Below are positions 36,645 to 47,895 of a stretch of DNA of 64,000 bases, piece by piece. Both the position numbers and the translations under genes were made by a program. Source of the DNA: Balanoglossus misakiensis (Eukaryota; Animalia; Hemichordata); the NCBI GenBank assembly GCA_040954595.2, contig CM082597.2:8773778-8837777 (forward strand), in the 5' to 3' direction. Position 1 is the stretch's first letter. The number at the start of each line of letters is the position of its first letter. The notes beneath the pieces are model-generated. The model did no database searches and had not been told where the DNA came from. It saw only the letters and a list, made by a program, of their open reading frames with translations.

Positions 36645-38107
36645 ACACTATTCAATAGACAAGTCATTCACTGAGAGAACCTCCGTCTCACACAAAACCA
36701 CAGGTTTAAAACCAAGTCCCGGGTAGTTCTAGAACTACCTCCGGGGGTTCTAGAACTACCGCAGGACTCAGTCTCACCTGTCGTAACAAAAATACAAATA
36801 CACAATGCTTTATTTGCATAATTACATTTACTTCTATACCTGTATTCAAAGTACATTTCATTTGAATAGAGTAATTGTTATGTTAATTGAAAGCGAACTG
36901 GATATGCGACAGTCTCCGGATCATTTCATTCAATGCTTCACATTCACAGTTTTGTCTACTGACGTACAAAGCTAATGTCTTGGTGGCTCTCGAGAGTCTT
37001 CATAACATGATAATAAAAGTATAAAATAGACAAAAATCAATTCACCAGAAACAAACTAACGTTGCAATAAATTAACTACAAATTTCTAGAAAATTATACT
37101 AAATCACATTATCCCCAGATTTGCTTGTATTACTCTAACCAGATGCTTCACTTCGATTTTGCTTCACTACCGACATGTAACAAGGTTGGCTGTTTTAGGC
37201 CTAAAACCCGCGTACCTTGCAAAGTTCTGCTTACTTTTTGTTGCTGTTCACCAGACGTGGGTTTGTAATGTCGGACGGATTCACTTCGGTATCAAGTCTT
37301 TTCGCAGATGAGTTACTCACCAATATCGCTACCATACAGACGTGTTGCCGCTGTGGCTCGTAGAGAGTGGTTCGTTCAAAAGCCAGGGAGGCCAATACAC
37401 AGACGGGCAGTAGTACCATGTAGAGCATTGTTACCCGGTTTTTGCTTTACCAACATGTAGCCGCTTGTTTTCGCAGATGATATAGATCGGAACTACATGT
37501 ATCTTCAGATCGATTTCATGGACATTTGAAGGAAAATAAAAAAAAAACGTGACACTTACATGTAGGCCTTCTGCATTTGGCCTAGAAAATTTTCGCGTAA
37601 GCTTACCATGTGCACGCAAAACCCCAATAGCTGTAACGCTTCCCATAATACACTACGTAACACACCTGTAAAGTTTAATTTGATGCAAATTAGTGTTTGA
37701 AATTAGCATATCACTCTGACACGTAAGCATGAACATTTAGAGTAACACCTGTCAAGCGTGGGCGATCTTGTAAGGCCCAGCAGGGCGGTCTAGAACTACC
37801 TGCCCACGACATGATTCATTTATAGGAAAAGGGGTGGCCAACCAAATTTCACAGTCAGCAATGAAGAATAAGCCTCTTTTGATAAGCTTTTGTTCGTTCA
37901 TTTTATTGAATCGTTGAGTAAAACGACGTCTTTGTGGTACACGAAGCTCCAATGGTGACAATGTCTGTGGGGGGTCGTGGTTTAAGTTAGAGAACCACCT
38001 CCCCCTCAGTGGTTCTTGGTTTCCAATCGCCTCGGGCCTGCGGCCCTCGGCAATTAGAAACCAAGAACCACCTCGGGGTCGGTGGTTCTCTATTACATAA
38101 ATAGTGT
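36645..38107 (-). mobile_element. Non-autonomous element ending in a 105-nt hairpin (37988-38092); left boundary tentative
   Basis: Hairpin apex GGGCC-GCA-GGCCC on the minus strand; repeated tctagaactacc motifs at ~36729, ~36749 and ~37789; acactatt/aatagtgt inverted at the ends. Confidence 0.5.
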
Positions 38108-38300
38108 AAAAGAAATTGTTAAGTAAACATAACCATACAATTAATGAGTGGAATTATCTAGCGACAACTGGCCTCAATTTTGAATTTCAAATATAACACC
38201 ATTCTGCACCCAAGGAGACATCACATGATCTGATCCCCCTTGTTTAACTTTTAGTGGTGAGCTCTTCCAAGTATATCTTGTATTGCTTAGGGGACTCTAA

Positions 38301-38580
38301 CTCTCTCTCCTTCCCTCCCTTCCACCCCCTCCCCCTCCCTCTCTAGCTCTCTCCCTCCCCTCTCCCGCCCCTCTCCCTCCCCTCTCCCGCCCCTCTCCCT
38401 CCCTCCCACCCCTCTCTAGCTCTCTCTCCCTCCCTACCCCCCTCTACCCCTCCCTCTCCCTCTAGTTCTCTCTCCCCCTCTCCCTCACTACCACCCTCCC
38501 TCCCTCCCTCCCTGTCACTCTCCAGCTCTCTCTCCCTCCCCTCTCACTCTCCCCTCCCAGCCTCTCCCTCCCGCTCTTTT
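38301..38580 (+). repeat. Polypyrimidine/polypurine low-complexity tract
   Basis: ~280 bp almost entirely C/T (ctccctcccctctccc...). Confidence 0.95.
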
Positions 38581-38690
38581 GCACACACTCTCTCTTAGTA
38601 TATATATTGGGAGGTGACTACAGCAGTGCGAGAAAAGTAAAGACCTGATGCGAGTAAGGGAAGATTCTAGCTGATTTGAATCAGACTTAC

Positions 38691-38906
38691 CTTCAGCACA
38701 AGCTGCTACTTCACACATTGACAGACTGACATCATCACATCTTGCATGATACAATGGGTAATTATTTTCAAAGAGGTTTAACCTCACACATTGCCCAGTG
38801 GAAGCATCAGGTTCTGTGTCTGCCCATCGACCATCAAAGACACTACCTTTCCTGCCATCTGAATAATCATATTCCACACTGCCATCTCGATTGGGTCCAC
38901 TAAATC
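38691..38906 (-). CDS. uif: uif-like exon D (C-type lectin C-terminal half)
   Basis: ttatag|FSGPNRDG...WADTEPDASTGQCVRL...ARCDDVSLSMCEVAACAE-G|gtaagt; 216 nt, phase 1-1; overlaps ORF 38515..38877. Confidence 0.85.
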
Positions 38907-39349
38907 CTATAAAATGGAAATAAAGAAAGAAGATGCATACAGCAGTGTTTCATCCAGGATGGGGGGGGGGGGATATGTCCCCCTTTGATGAATAGTTGCA
39001 CTCTTGCAAGGAGGGGAATGAGTGACATCGCTGAGTCTGTAAGGGGCACCATTTCCCCCTTGACAAATTTCTAGGGGGGTGCCAACATGCTGACAGTGGG
39101 CGAATTCCCTCATCCCTCCATCTGGATGAAAAACTGCATACAGAGTCACTTAATAGCAAGATTTTGTGAGGTTATTGAGATGTAAAAAATAGGCTTTTCA
39201 ATTACCATCTTGAGACAATTATCATTCAAGTGTTACTATGCAGTGCTTACTTGTAAACTGTCAAATTCCAAAACCAGTTATTTTTTACACTTGATACACC
39301 CACAAATTATTTGGGAACACTGACAAACACTGTTAAAAGACACACTCAC

Positions 39350-39468
39350 CAATCCAACCATGGTTCGCTGTTTCATTGGAAGTCTCTTCAATCTGGTTTA
39401 CAATCTCTGCTCCAGCATAACGATTTTCAGAATAACCCTCAATTACTGTCAAGTGCCCACCATAAAAT
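39350..39468 (-). CDS. uif: uif-like exon C (C-type lectin, WIG motif)
   Basis: ttttcag|FYGGHLTVIEGYSENRYAGAEIVNQIEETSNETANHGWI-G|gtgagt; 119 nt, phase 2-1. Confidence 0.85.
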
Positions 39469-40203
39469 CTGAAAATAAACCAATTTATAACACATCAAAC
39501 ATGTTCCAAACTAATTTCGAAATTCCAGTCCGTGAATAATACATTTCCTCTTTGAAAACATTTAATATTGGTGAATAAGAGGTTCATAAATGTATAACAT
39601 TAGATTTTTGTTTGTAAAGTCTATATTTTGTGTTACACCTTTCCAATAAGTGTGTGATTAGTGTAGATTTCGGCAGAATTTCTGGGAAAAAAGAATCTGT
39701 GAAAAATTCACCTGAATTTTGGGGAGAAAAAAATTTGCTGAACGTTTCCTTTGAATAAAAAAGTTCAGCTTATTTCTTTTAGAGAAAACATGACAATTTC
39801 CAGGAAATGGCTGTTGTTGTTTTTTTTTTGGTGTGAATAAACTTAAAAGACAAATTCTGATACAGTTGCATCAAGGTGATGGAAGAAAATCCCAGATTAA
39901 CAGGATATTTGGAGAATTTATCCAGAATTTCAAAATTAGTTCGAAATGTGACATTGTGTTATCAATGATCTGTGTTGAGCAGTCGAACGATGAACGGGTA
40001 GTTGACAATTCCCACGAGCACACCCGTATCTTTCCTCGGTAGTTGCGCCGGGCCGGTCGGCAATGTAACAGAAAAAGTGGTACGATATGCCAGCTGAGCC
40101 GTCGCTAGTCTACAATTCCGAGTCTACAAGGCCGTCTCTAACTAAAAATTATAATAACTATCGAGGAACGTGACAATTATATCAGCGAATGTGGGGCTGG
40201 GGG

Positions 40204-40519
40204 TTGCTGCAGTTTGCAGCCCCTCCATCTCCCCTGGACGATTTTTGTTTTTGCGGGGCTGCAGGTCCCAGCTATTCTAAACCGCACAACGAGCGACCGG
40301 GATTTGGGCCCGGAGCGAATTTCTACACTCCAGACGTCTCCAGTCCACAATTTTCCACACTTTTTTCGCCAAATCGGTCCCGGAACCCATACAGCGCTTA
40401 CCTGGCAAAGGATGTCGCGGTATTTGTCGATTTTGCCTACGTTTTCCCCAGTTATTCAACTTCAATCGGCAAAACCAAAACTCGTTCAGGGGAGATGGAG
40501 GGGCTTCAAACTGCAGCAA
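40204..40519. mobile_element. 316-bp MITE with ~50-bp TIRs and a 10-bp flanking direct repeat
   Basis: TIR ttgctgcagtttg(c/a)agcccctccatctcccctg(g/a)acga..tt..gtttt gc; GGGCTGGGGG at 40194-40203 and 40520-40529. Confidence 0.8.
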
Positions 40520-43500
40520 GGGCTGGGGGCTGCAGGCAGAATATATGACCAAAGGATACGCGTGAAAAAAAGACAATTACCTACTTTGCTACCGTGGGTC
40601 TTTGACTAATTAAAACATGATAACGTGCATCAAAGCCAGCCGAGGCTTCAGGGGCATAGTATTCCTGAGTTTATACGCGAAGAAACCAAGAAATATTCAT
40701 GAGTATGTAGACGGAACTTGTCTTTTAGCTCAAATTTGACCTGGCTTGAGGTCACTGTGACAGCGCAGCCAGCGGTAGAATTGGGGTAGGCATGAAGAAC
40801 ATATCTACTACAAAAACTGGTGAGGGCGGGGGGGGGGGGAGATGGGGGGGGGGGGTGGGGGCTTTTCAGTTTAGTCACGGTCCTTGGTTTTGGCCTTCGG
40901 CTTCACTAGAAAAGCCAAAAAACCACAATGCCGAAGGCCAACTCGTCGAAGCACCTGGTACGTCTATGGCAGAAGTCAGTATTTACATGTTCTGACTCGG
41001 TACACGCCATGCACTTGCCAAGAGATTCCACGAGGAATACCATGATGATGAACGGCTCGGGCGTCTTCGTGTGCACGAAGACACGATACTAGACTTCATT
41101 GACCCTGTCTCATTCTTTTCTTTTCATGCGCATAAGGACATGAAAAGTCGACCTAACCTTTTGTTTTATCACTTACTGTGGTTTTAGAGGGATGCTGTGA
41201 GTGAAAAAGTGGCACATTCGGGTTGTTGCCTTATACTTAATTTCTCCATTTCTATTGGAGCAGGCTACACCGGGCCCAGGGTCGAACTTAAACCAATTTG
41301 CAGCCGTGATGGTCGAACAATGTCCGACAAACTTTAGGCACGTCAAGCTTATGCCTTCCTGGGTCGCCCGACAAGAATGAACTTCTATTTTAACGATAGG
41401 GCCTATTCCAATCGATACCCGCCGTATCAGTCACGCAATAATGAACACGAAATCCAGATCCCCCAAAATGATGTTTCACTAGACTCGGGGAGAGTGCTGT
41501 TTAGTACCAACAGGCAATTAAAGGTATACGGTCACCTATGGAAAATTAGCTATAGTTACAATGGCAAATTGAGATGTAGCCAATCACAGATTTTTAGTGG
41601 GTGGCACACGCGAAAAAAGAGCGCCGCCATATGTTCTCATCTCAGCCATATATGGTCCTATGTAACCACCTCATGTCATTTACAGAATTGGAACACCCTA
41701 AAGAATGTCATGCAGACAATGTCACGTGTTGTTCCATGACCAACCAAACAACAAACTCATGTCCAAATCAATTAAATTCCAAAGAATGCTCCAAATATGC
41801 AGAATTGCCACGCAAGTCGAGCATACTTAAGCACTCTGCACAACTGAAACATAAAATCCAAGCTTTTAACAATACAACAATAAACAATCCATTCTGATCG
41901 AATTAATGACCAAATAAAACGAAAAACACAACTCGACCCACAAAAAGTATACGAAGCGCTTTTAATCGCTCATTAATGTTTGATCTCGAGGAGACGTGTT
42001 AAAAAATCCGCTATGAACAGCAGGGGAGAACAATAGCCTATTTTTACCAGGTAAACAAACACCAGGTAAAAATCCACCCATGCTTCCAGACCGCTCTAGG
42101 ATAGTGATCCACCCAATGAAACTGTATCTCTTTAACTTTAATTTGCAAACTCGTGGAATTGATCATTTTATAAATCGCTCCATTTTGACGTTTTCTCTGT
42201 GGTTTGTTAATACGAATTTTGTCTGTGCCAAATCTGTCCTCTAATACTGTCACTTGTATTAGAGTTCAAATTACACAGAAGTATAATACAACGTTTTGAA
42301 AAAGACAGACATTTTTCGTGTGAACGGTGATATACTTAGGCCACACTCGAGCTAAAAACAAAAGTCTATATTTTATCAAAAATACCTTGGACGCACAAAC
42401 ATCTACAGGATGTGGAAGGGGCGGGTCAAAACCGCGATCTACAACTGTGCCTCCCCCCCCCCCCCCGGCTGTCTTGCTTCTATTTGGAGTGTCAATATGT
42501 GATTTAGCTTTGTTTGCGGCAGAGACTAAGCTTTGTTCTTGTTTCACTCCATTTGCTGCATTGTGCTGTGCTCTGGTATTTCTCCAGGGTCTACGGTTAC
42601 ACTATAGGCTGATTAGTCGTATCTTTACTACACAGACAAAAAACTTCGAAGCTTTATGTCTGTGCCTTTTATGAACAAGCATCGTCCGATTCGAATTCGA
42701 CTCGTCATCGGTAGCTATGTTTATTTCGCCCTTGGAGACCTCCCCTGGCCTCGTTAGGATGACTGTTACCAGGACTACCTTAAACCAATCTTTTCGAACC
42801 GGACGGTACACACGACATGTCTATGTTAATTGTCCAGGTACCAGAGTGTACGTGTGGGCTCCCTAAACCCCTCATTGGCGGCCGGTCCCTGTCCGAATAA
42901 ACACGTTTGACAGACAAAAAATGATGAACAAGTGGCTTACTTCAATACTTCGTTAACTAGACGGCTGAACTCTGAATGTTGATTCAGCAAAAAAAATGTG
43001 TTTACGGCAAGGTTTCGATCAATACGACACATTTACCATTGAAAACGCCCAAAGTAAGTGGGGGCGTTTGACCATCAATCAAACCCACGCCCAGGTGCAT
43101 GTGAACGGCCGAAGCAGTGTAACGTTTCACATTCCGTGCAACGTCCGACACTGTGTGAAAGCGGTTGCTGTCGGGTGGCTTGACCTAATTTTCGTACATT
43201 GATATGCATTTGACACCTCACTACCTGTTTTCTTAATATTGCTAAAACTTTGCGTTGAAATATCACTGAAATGTTGATGATCCACGCACAAGTCGTCTAC
43301 CCCGGCATGAAAAGCTTTTATACAAGAAAACTAATTGCACATGACCACCAAGGTCATACCGCAAGGTGTGTCTAAATGTCAAGGAAGGACATTGGGAGGG
43401 GGGACTTGGGTCGAGAACGACCATGACGGAGGAAAAACCGACAAGTCATTGTGTAACCTGTTTACTTGCCAATAGTCAAACGTCAAAATTTACTCTCAAC

Positions 43501-44217
43501 TTGGTTGCAGATCGAGTCTCCCGAATTTCCAACTTTTATGATTGGGTAAATACCGATATGCGACTGGTATGCGACGCGTTGACGACGCGAAGATTTTGTT
43601 GAAATCAAATGGTTTGTCAAATGTCATCTCACAGTGGAGATACCGTGGTCATCTGACATGAAAGGGTTCGATTGGGTCTGACCGCCGTCGTTCATCCATG
43701 CTTAGAAAGCGGCGATCATGGTACAAAGTAAAACCAAGGTCAAACCTTACTGAACACATGTATTGCATGGAGAAACTTTTCTCCCTGTCTGTGTACTGAA
43801 CACGTACCGTGATTGCCATAGTTACAAACGTTACCACGTGAGAGAGAGTGCATTTTACATCTGTCTTTTCAATTTTGTTGCTTTCTTACTATTCGGAATG
43901 ATGGAGTCGAAACGAAAACTTTTTGCTTCAGGTGGACCTAGGGGAAATACCTTATTTGTGACTTTTTTCATGACCCTAAAAAGACGTCGGAATTAATGTG
44001 GCTGAGGTCACTCAGGACGACGGAATGGTTGAGCGATTTTATTTTATGAGCTCCCACTAGTATTTGTTTTATTGTTTCGGCAGTGTGTCGCGTTATTCGA
44101 GCAATCTGCAGTCTGAAAACGAACGGTTTTCAAAGTTTATAACAGAAGAACAGGGGTTTAAGCATGAAAGGTCCTGTTGTCTCCCTCGCTGTGTTTGTGT
44201 CACTGTGTCTTTGACGT

Positions 44218-44415
44218 CTGACTGACTGATTAACTGGCTGACTGACTTACTGACTGTCTGTCAACGTCGGTCTGTCTGACTGTCTGCCCCCTCTCTCTGA
44301 GAGAGAGAGTGAGCGAGCGAGCGAGCGAGCGACCGATGAGTGTCTCTACTGATGAATGTTGCTCTGTCTGTCTGCTTGTGTCTGTCTGCCACTCTGCCTG
44401 TTTCACTCTGTCTCT
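44218..44415 (+). repeat. Compound microsatellite (CTGA)n/(GA)n/(GAGC)n/(TCTG)n
   Basis: Direct reading of the sequence. Confidence 0.8.
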
Positions 44416-45047
44416 CCTAATTTCTTTAAATTTAGGGATATGCTATTAATGCGATATGAAAGTCAGACACGACGGGAACCTTTTATTCTCAAAACTGTCT
44501 GTTGTTTGCTGTTAAATATTGCAAAAGGTTAAGGGCCCTTTTCGCACGAGACACATGGCTTTGCAGCCGTAGCTCCCAATGTCATAACGATTACCCGAAC
44601 TACCCTAATTTTAGCCCGCCGACCCAAAACAGTTTAGATCGTCGTAAACCGGAAGTAAAAATAACGATGTCAAATATACAACAATTCATGAAAATTGCGA
44701 GAATCACGCAAGAACTATGATGTCATTCTTCTACACTACGACGGCCAAAGATATAAAAAAATTGAAAAATAAAAAAATGTCCCTTTCTACCTACCCTATT
44801 TTTGAAAACCATGTAATCGGAATAGCACATATTAGTTTTTTTGGCCTGAGACATATCCAATTTCCCAACTGAACATGACATGTGATCAAGCATTTTCGAC
44901 TTATCAGATGCAATCGCTGAACACCTCACACTAAGCGAGGTTTTGTCTGTCTTTATACGCGCCCTTTGTATTTGTGCGTGACATGTCCAAGCCTTGTTAG
45001 GATCTCCCATAAAATTCTACTCAAATGATGTATACTTTCATACTTAC

Positions 45048-45129
45048 GACTGACAGGTATTTTCAGCGTTGCCAGCTGATTGTTTGTCAGGTACCGCTTT
45101 ATAACAAGACGCCCCTCTGAGTTGATAAC
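45048..45129 (-). CDS. uif: uif-like exon B (C-type lectin)
   Basis: ttgcag|(G)YQLRGASCYKAVPDKQSAGNAENTCQ(S)|gtaagt; 82 nt, phase 1-2. Confidence 0.85.
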
Positions 45130-45196
45130 CTGCAATGTAACATCATTCAATTGGTCTAGTCATGTTAGCATTAGTAAAATGCTTCAAAAGTGTTAA

Positions 45197-45487
45197 AGGG
45201 ACATGATACAAGACACCGTTTATGTTAGTGAATGAACGTTCAACCACACACAACTTCCATCCCGCTTGTATGATACGAGAGTAAAAACCCGCCCGAAATG
45301 AATAAATGGTAGAGACCATTTATTCATTTTGGCGACTTTTTAAAACTCTCGTGTCTATACAAGCGGAGTGGAAGGTGTGTATGGTTGAACGTTGATTCAC
45401 TATATCCACATGTAGAATAATATAAACGCAGTCTTGTATCAAACATAATTAATGGAAAAAGGGCAGCGAGAGAGAGACTTTGTCCCT
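45197..45487. mobile_element. Palindromic TTAA-flanked MITE, same family as 32548-32896
   Basis: TTAA-agggaca...tttgtccct-TTAA; left arm internally deleted. Confidence 0.85.
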
Positions 45488-45829
45488 TTAATGAATACAG
45501 CCACAATGTTCTGTTTATATCTACTGACGGACCAGGCATGGATTGTCACGTATAATTCTTTGAAACGTTTGGTCCTCTGAAGAAATCTGAGCACTCATCT
45601 ACTCAGTTTGCTTATTTTGTCTTCCTCCACCAGTCAGTGGTATCGTCCGATTTGATACTCCACTCTAAGCCTCTTTCTGAATGGCTATTTAAGTTGTGAT
45701 CTGTAAGTCTTAAACCTTTCATCACCCCCCCCCCCCCCGTTTCCTCTTTAGAGGTCCAACATTACCATAGAAAACAATTGGTTTTGACTGAACCATGTTG
45801 GTGAAAGGGCTAGGGTCAATTCAACTTAC

Positions 45830-45887
45830 CTTCTGGACATTCATATTTCACAAAGGGTGTTCCAAACAGTGCTCCAAGATCCAATTG
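45830..45887 (-). CDS. uif: uif-like exon A (start of C-type lectin domain)
   Basis: tttgtaacag|QLDLGALFGTPFVKYECPE-G|gtaagt; 58 nt, phase 0-1. Confidence 0.75.
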
Positions 45888-47895
45888 CTGTTACAAATAA
45901 ACAATAAGTTAGCTGCCAGTACACTCAATGATGTACGCGCAGAACGTCAACTGGTAAACTGTGCGCCTGTGTCTCTTCCCATAGGAGTACATGGAGAATA
46001 GTTAGAAAACTCCCTTCTATTATTGTCATTTTCAGGAAATTTTACACATAGCTCCGACAAATCAAAATAAATTCACCACGGTCTATTTTGAGATAAACTT
46101 TGTTCAATATTGTATCCATAGGCAAACCATTGGTAGAAAATGCTGACCGTCAGCAGTTTTCTTCAATTATCGACTAAATTCACGGCCTTGTTTAAAGTCG
46201 AAAACAAGTGCAGTGACCCAAAATGGATTTTCATTATACATACCAATCAGAAACGAAAATCCACGATTAAAAGAAATGACAATACAAAACACCGTTTATG
46301 TTAATGTAAATGTGGATATATAGTGATGCAACGTTCAACCGCACACACCTTCCATCCCGCATGTAGACACGAGAGCGAAAACTCGCCAAACTGAAAAATC
46401 GGTCTCTACCATTTATTCATTTTGGGCGAGTTTTTACTCTCATATCATACAAGCAGGATGGAAGTTGTGTGTGGTTGAACGTTCATTCACTACATATACA
46501 CATGCCCATTAATATAAACGGTGTCTTGTATCAAACATTATTAATAGAAAAGGGCGACGGGAGAGAGTTTGCCCCTTTAAGGCGACATGATGCATGAAGT
46601 GGCGAGAGATAAACGCGACTGACCACCGCATTAAACACTGTCAAGCAAGGCACTTCAAATGCCAATTGTTTAAGTGTGTACTAAGTAATAGCTTCATGTA
46701 CCATGTCCTGGGGGGGGGGGGGGGAGGGGTCAAATCACAACAGTTGGACATGTACGAATATGAAGAGACGATATCAGTTTTTTCATGTCTTCCTTTAGTA
46801 AACAATCTTTTTTGAACTTTGTATAGAATTCATTGAACTTTACTTTAGCTTATGAACTCTCATTTGCACATCGTCATCTTGAAATTGTGTCGACTTTATC
46901 ATAAGGTTTTTATAACTCAACTAGGTCGCAAAACCTATTTAAGTTAGTGAGAATAGGACGTTCACCTTTTGGGTTGATGGCTACAGACATTAATCCTGAC
47001 TCATACACATGTTGCAGCCAGTATACTCTGCAGACATTGGACACAATAGTTTTACTAACCATTGAATTTTATTGGACCATCAAGTTTATTGACCCATGAC
47101 GTTCATATAGATTGTATGACACGACTGACGCTATAATCGGTCCATACCTTCGGCGAGCCAAGTGTTTTATAACATCATAAGATATTAATACCTATCACCC
47201 AGTCAAACGATTTCAAGTTATACAATTTCCACGCCAATAGGACGCCTTTAGGTGGAAATGCAACCAGGTATCCTGAATAGGAAAATATTCCGGGTATCTG
47301 TCAAGTTTAGTCCCATATTTAGGGGACCAAGAGCCCTCAGGCGCTTGGTCCCCTTCTGTTATTGCTGGAGTTTGTCTTCTTTCTTCTTGAGTCGTTTTTT
47401 TGCGCCCGTTTTTCTCTGAAATTCCGGCAGGTGCGCCTTCCAAATTTGGCACGGTGGTTGGGGCCCATAGTACTGGTGCACCAGCCCTTTGAATTTGTAA
47501 TTAGTCACGTGACTTTGTTGCTATAATCGAGCGAAATTTTCAAATTGACCTAATTTGCACGTTAATGGGGGCATGTACATTCTTTTCGCGATTTTTGTAG
47601 ACCATGTGGCCAAAATCCCCTGTGCCAAATTTCAAGGTCCTAGGCCACGTCGATTTTGAGAAGAAGATTTTTGTAATATTTTTTCGCTTTTTTTGGTGGG
47701 CTGAGGATGGACACTGGGGCATCGGACTTTGACCGTCATTACGTTATGTTGTGGAGATCTCATTAGCAGGCTACTCACTTCTGGCGGGTTGCAGAAGTCC
47801 TTGGAAAATCGGCTGAAATACGTAAACAGACCAGTGATTATTTTCCACGGAATGAATTTTGGGACAACACATTATCGGAGTTCAGGCTGTGTTAG

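Larger units (their letters stand above)
26431..45887 (-). pseudogene. uif: Uninflatable-like (CTL-3xCUB-Sushi-EGF) multi-exon gene segment, 16 exons, ~812 codons; probably a decaying copy or null allele; first (signal peptide) and downstream exons not found
   Basis: Sixteen phase-compatible exons (AG/GT-bounded except the two lesions noted) splice into 2437 nt. Motifs CPEGYQLRGASCYK, GQCV..CDD..LSMCEVAAC, FSPDCP, ITCGGPP and GYLLYANNGTGGFYLPPGETG...DVYTFNQSCV match Uninflatable as I recall it. Lesions: TGA at 33988-33986, non-GT donor at 35919, CCG acceptor at 33186-33184. Confidence 0.75.

Noticed and set aside
40189-44720. Several 60-130 aa ORFs in the large intron
   Set aside because: No recognisable domain, overlapping frames, and partly within MITEs.
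47006-47080. Candidate signal-peptide first exon on the minus strand (…WLVKLLC…ILAATC|gtatga)
   Set aside because: It needs a frameshift and has no in-frame ATG; too weak to call.
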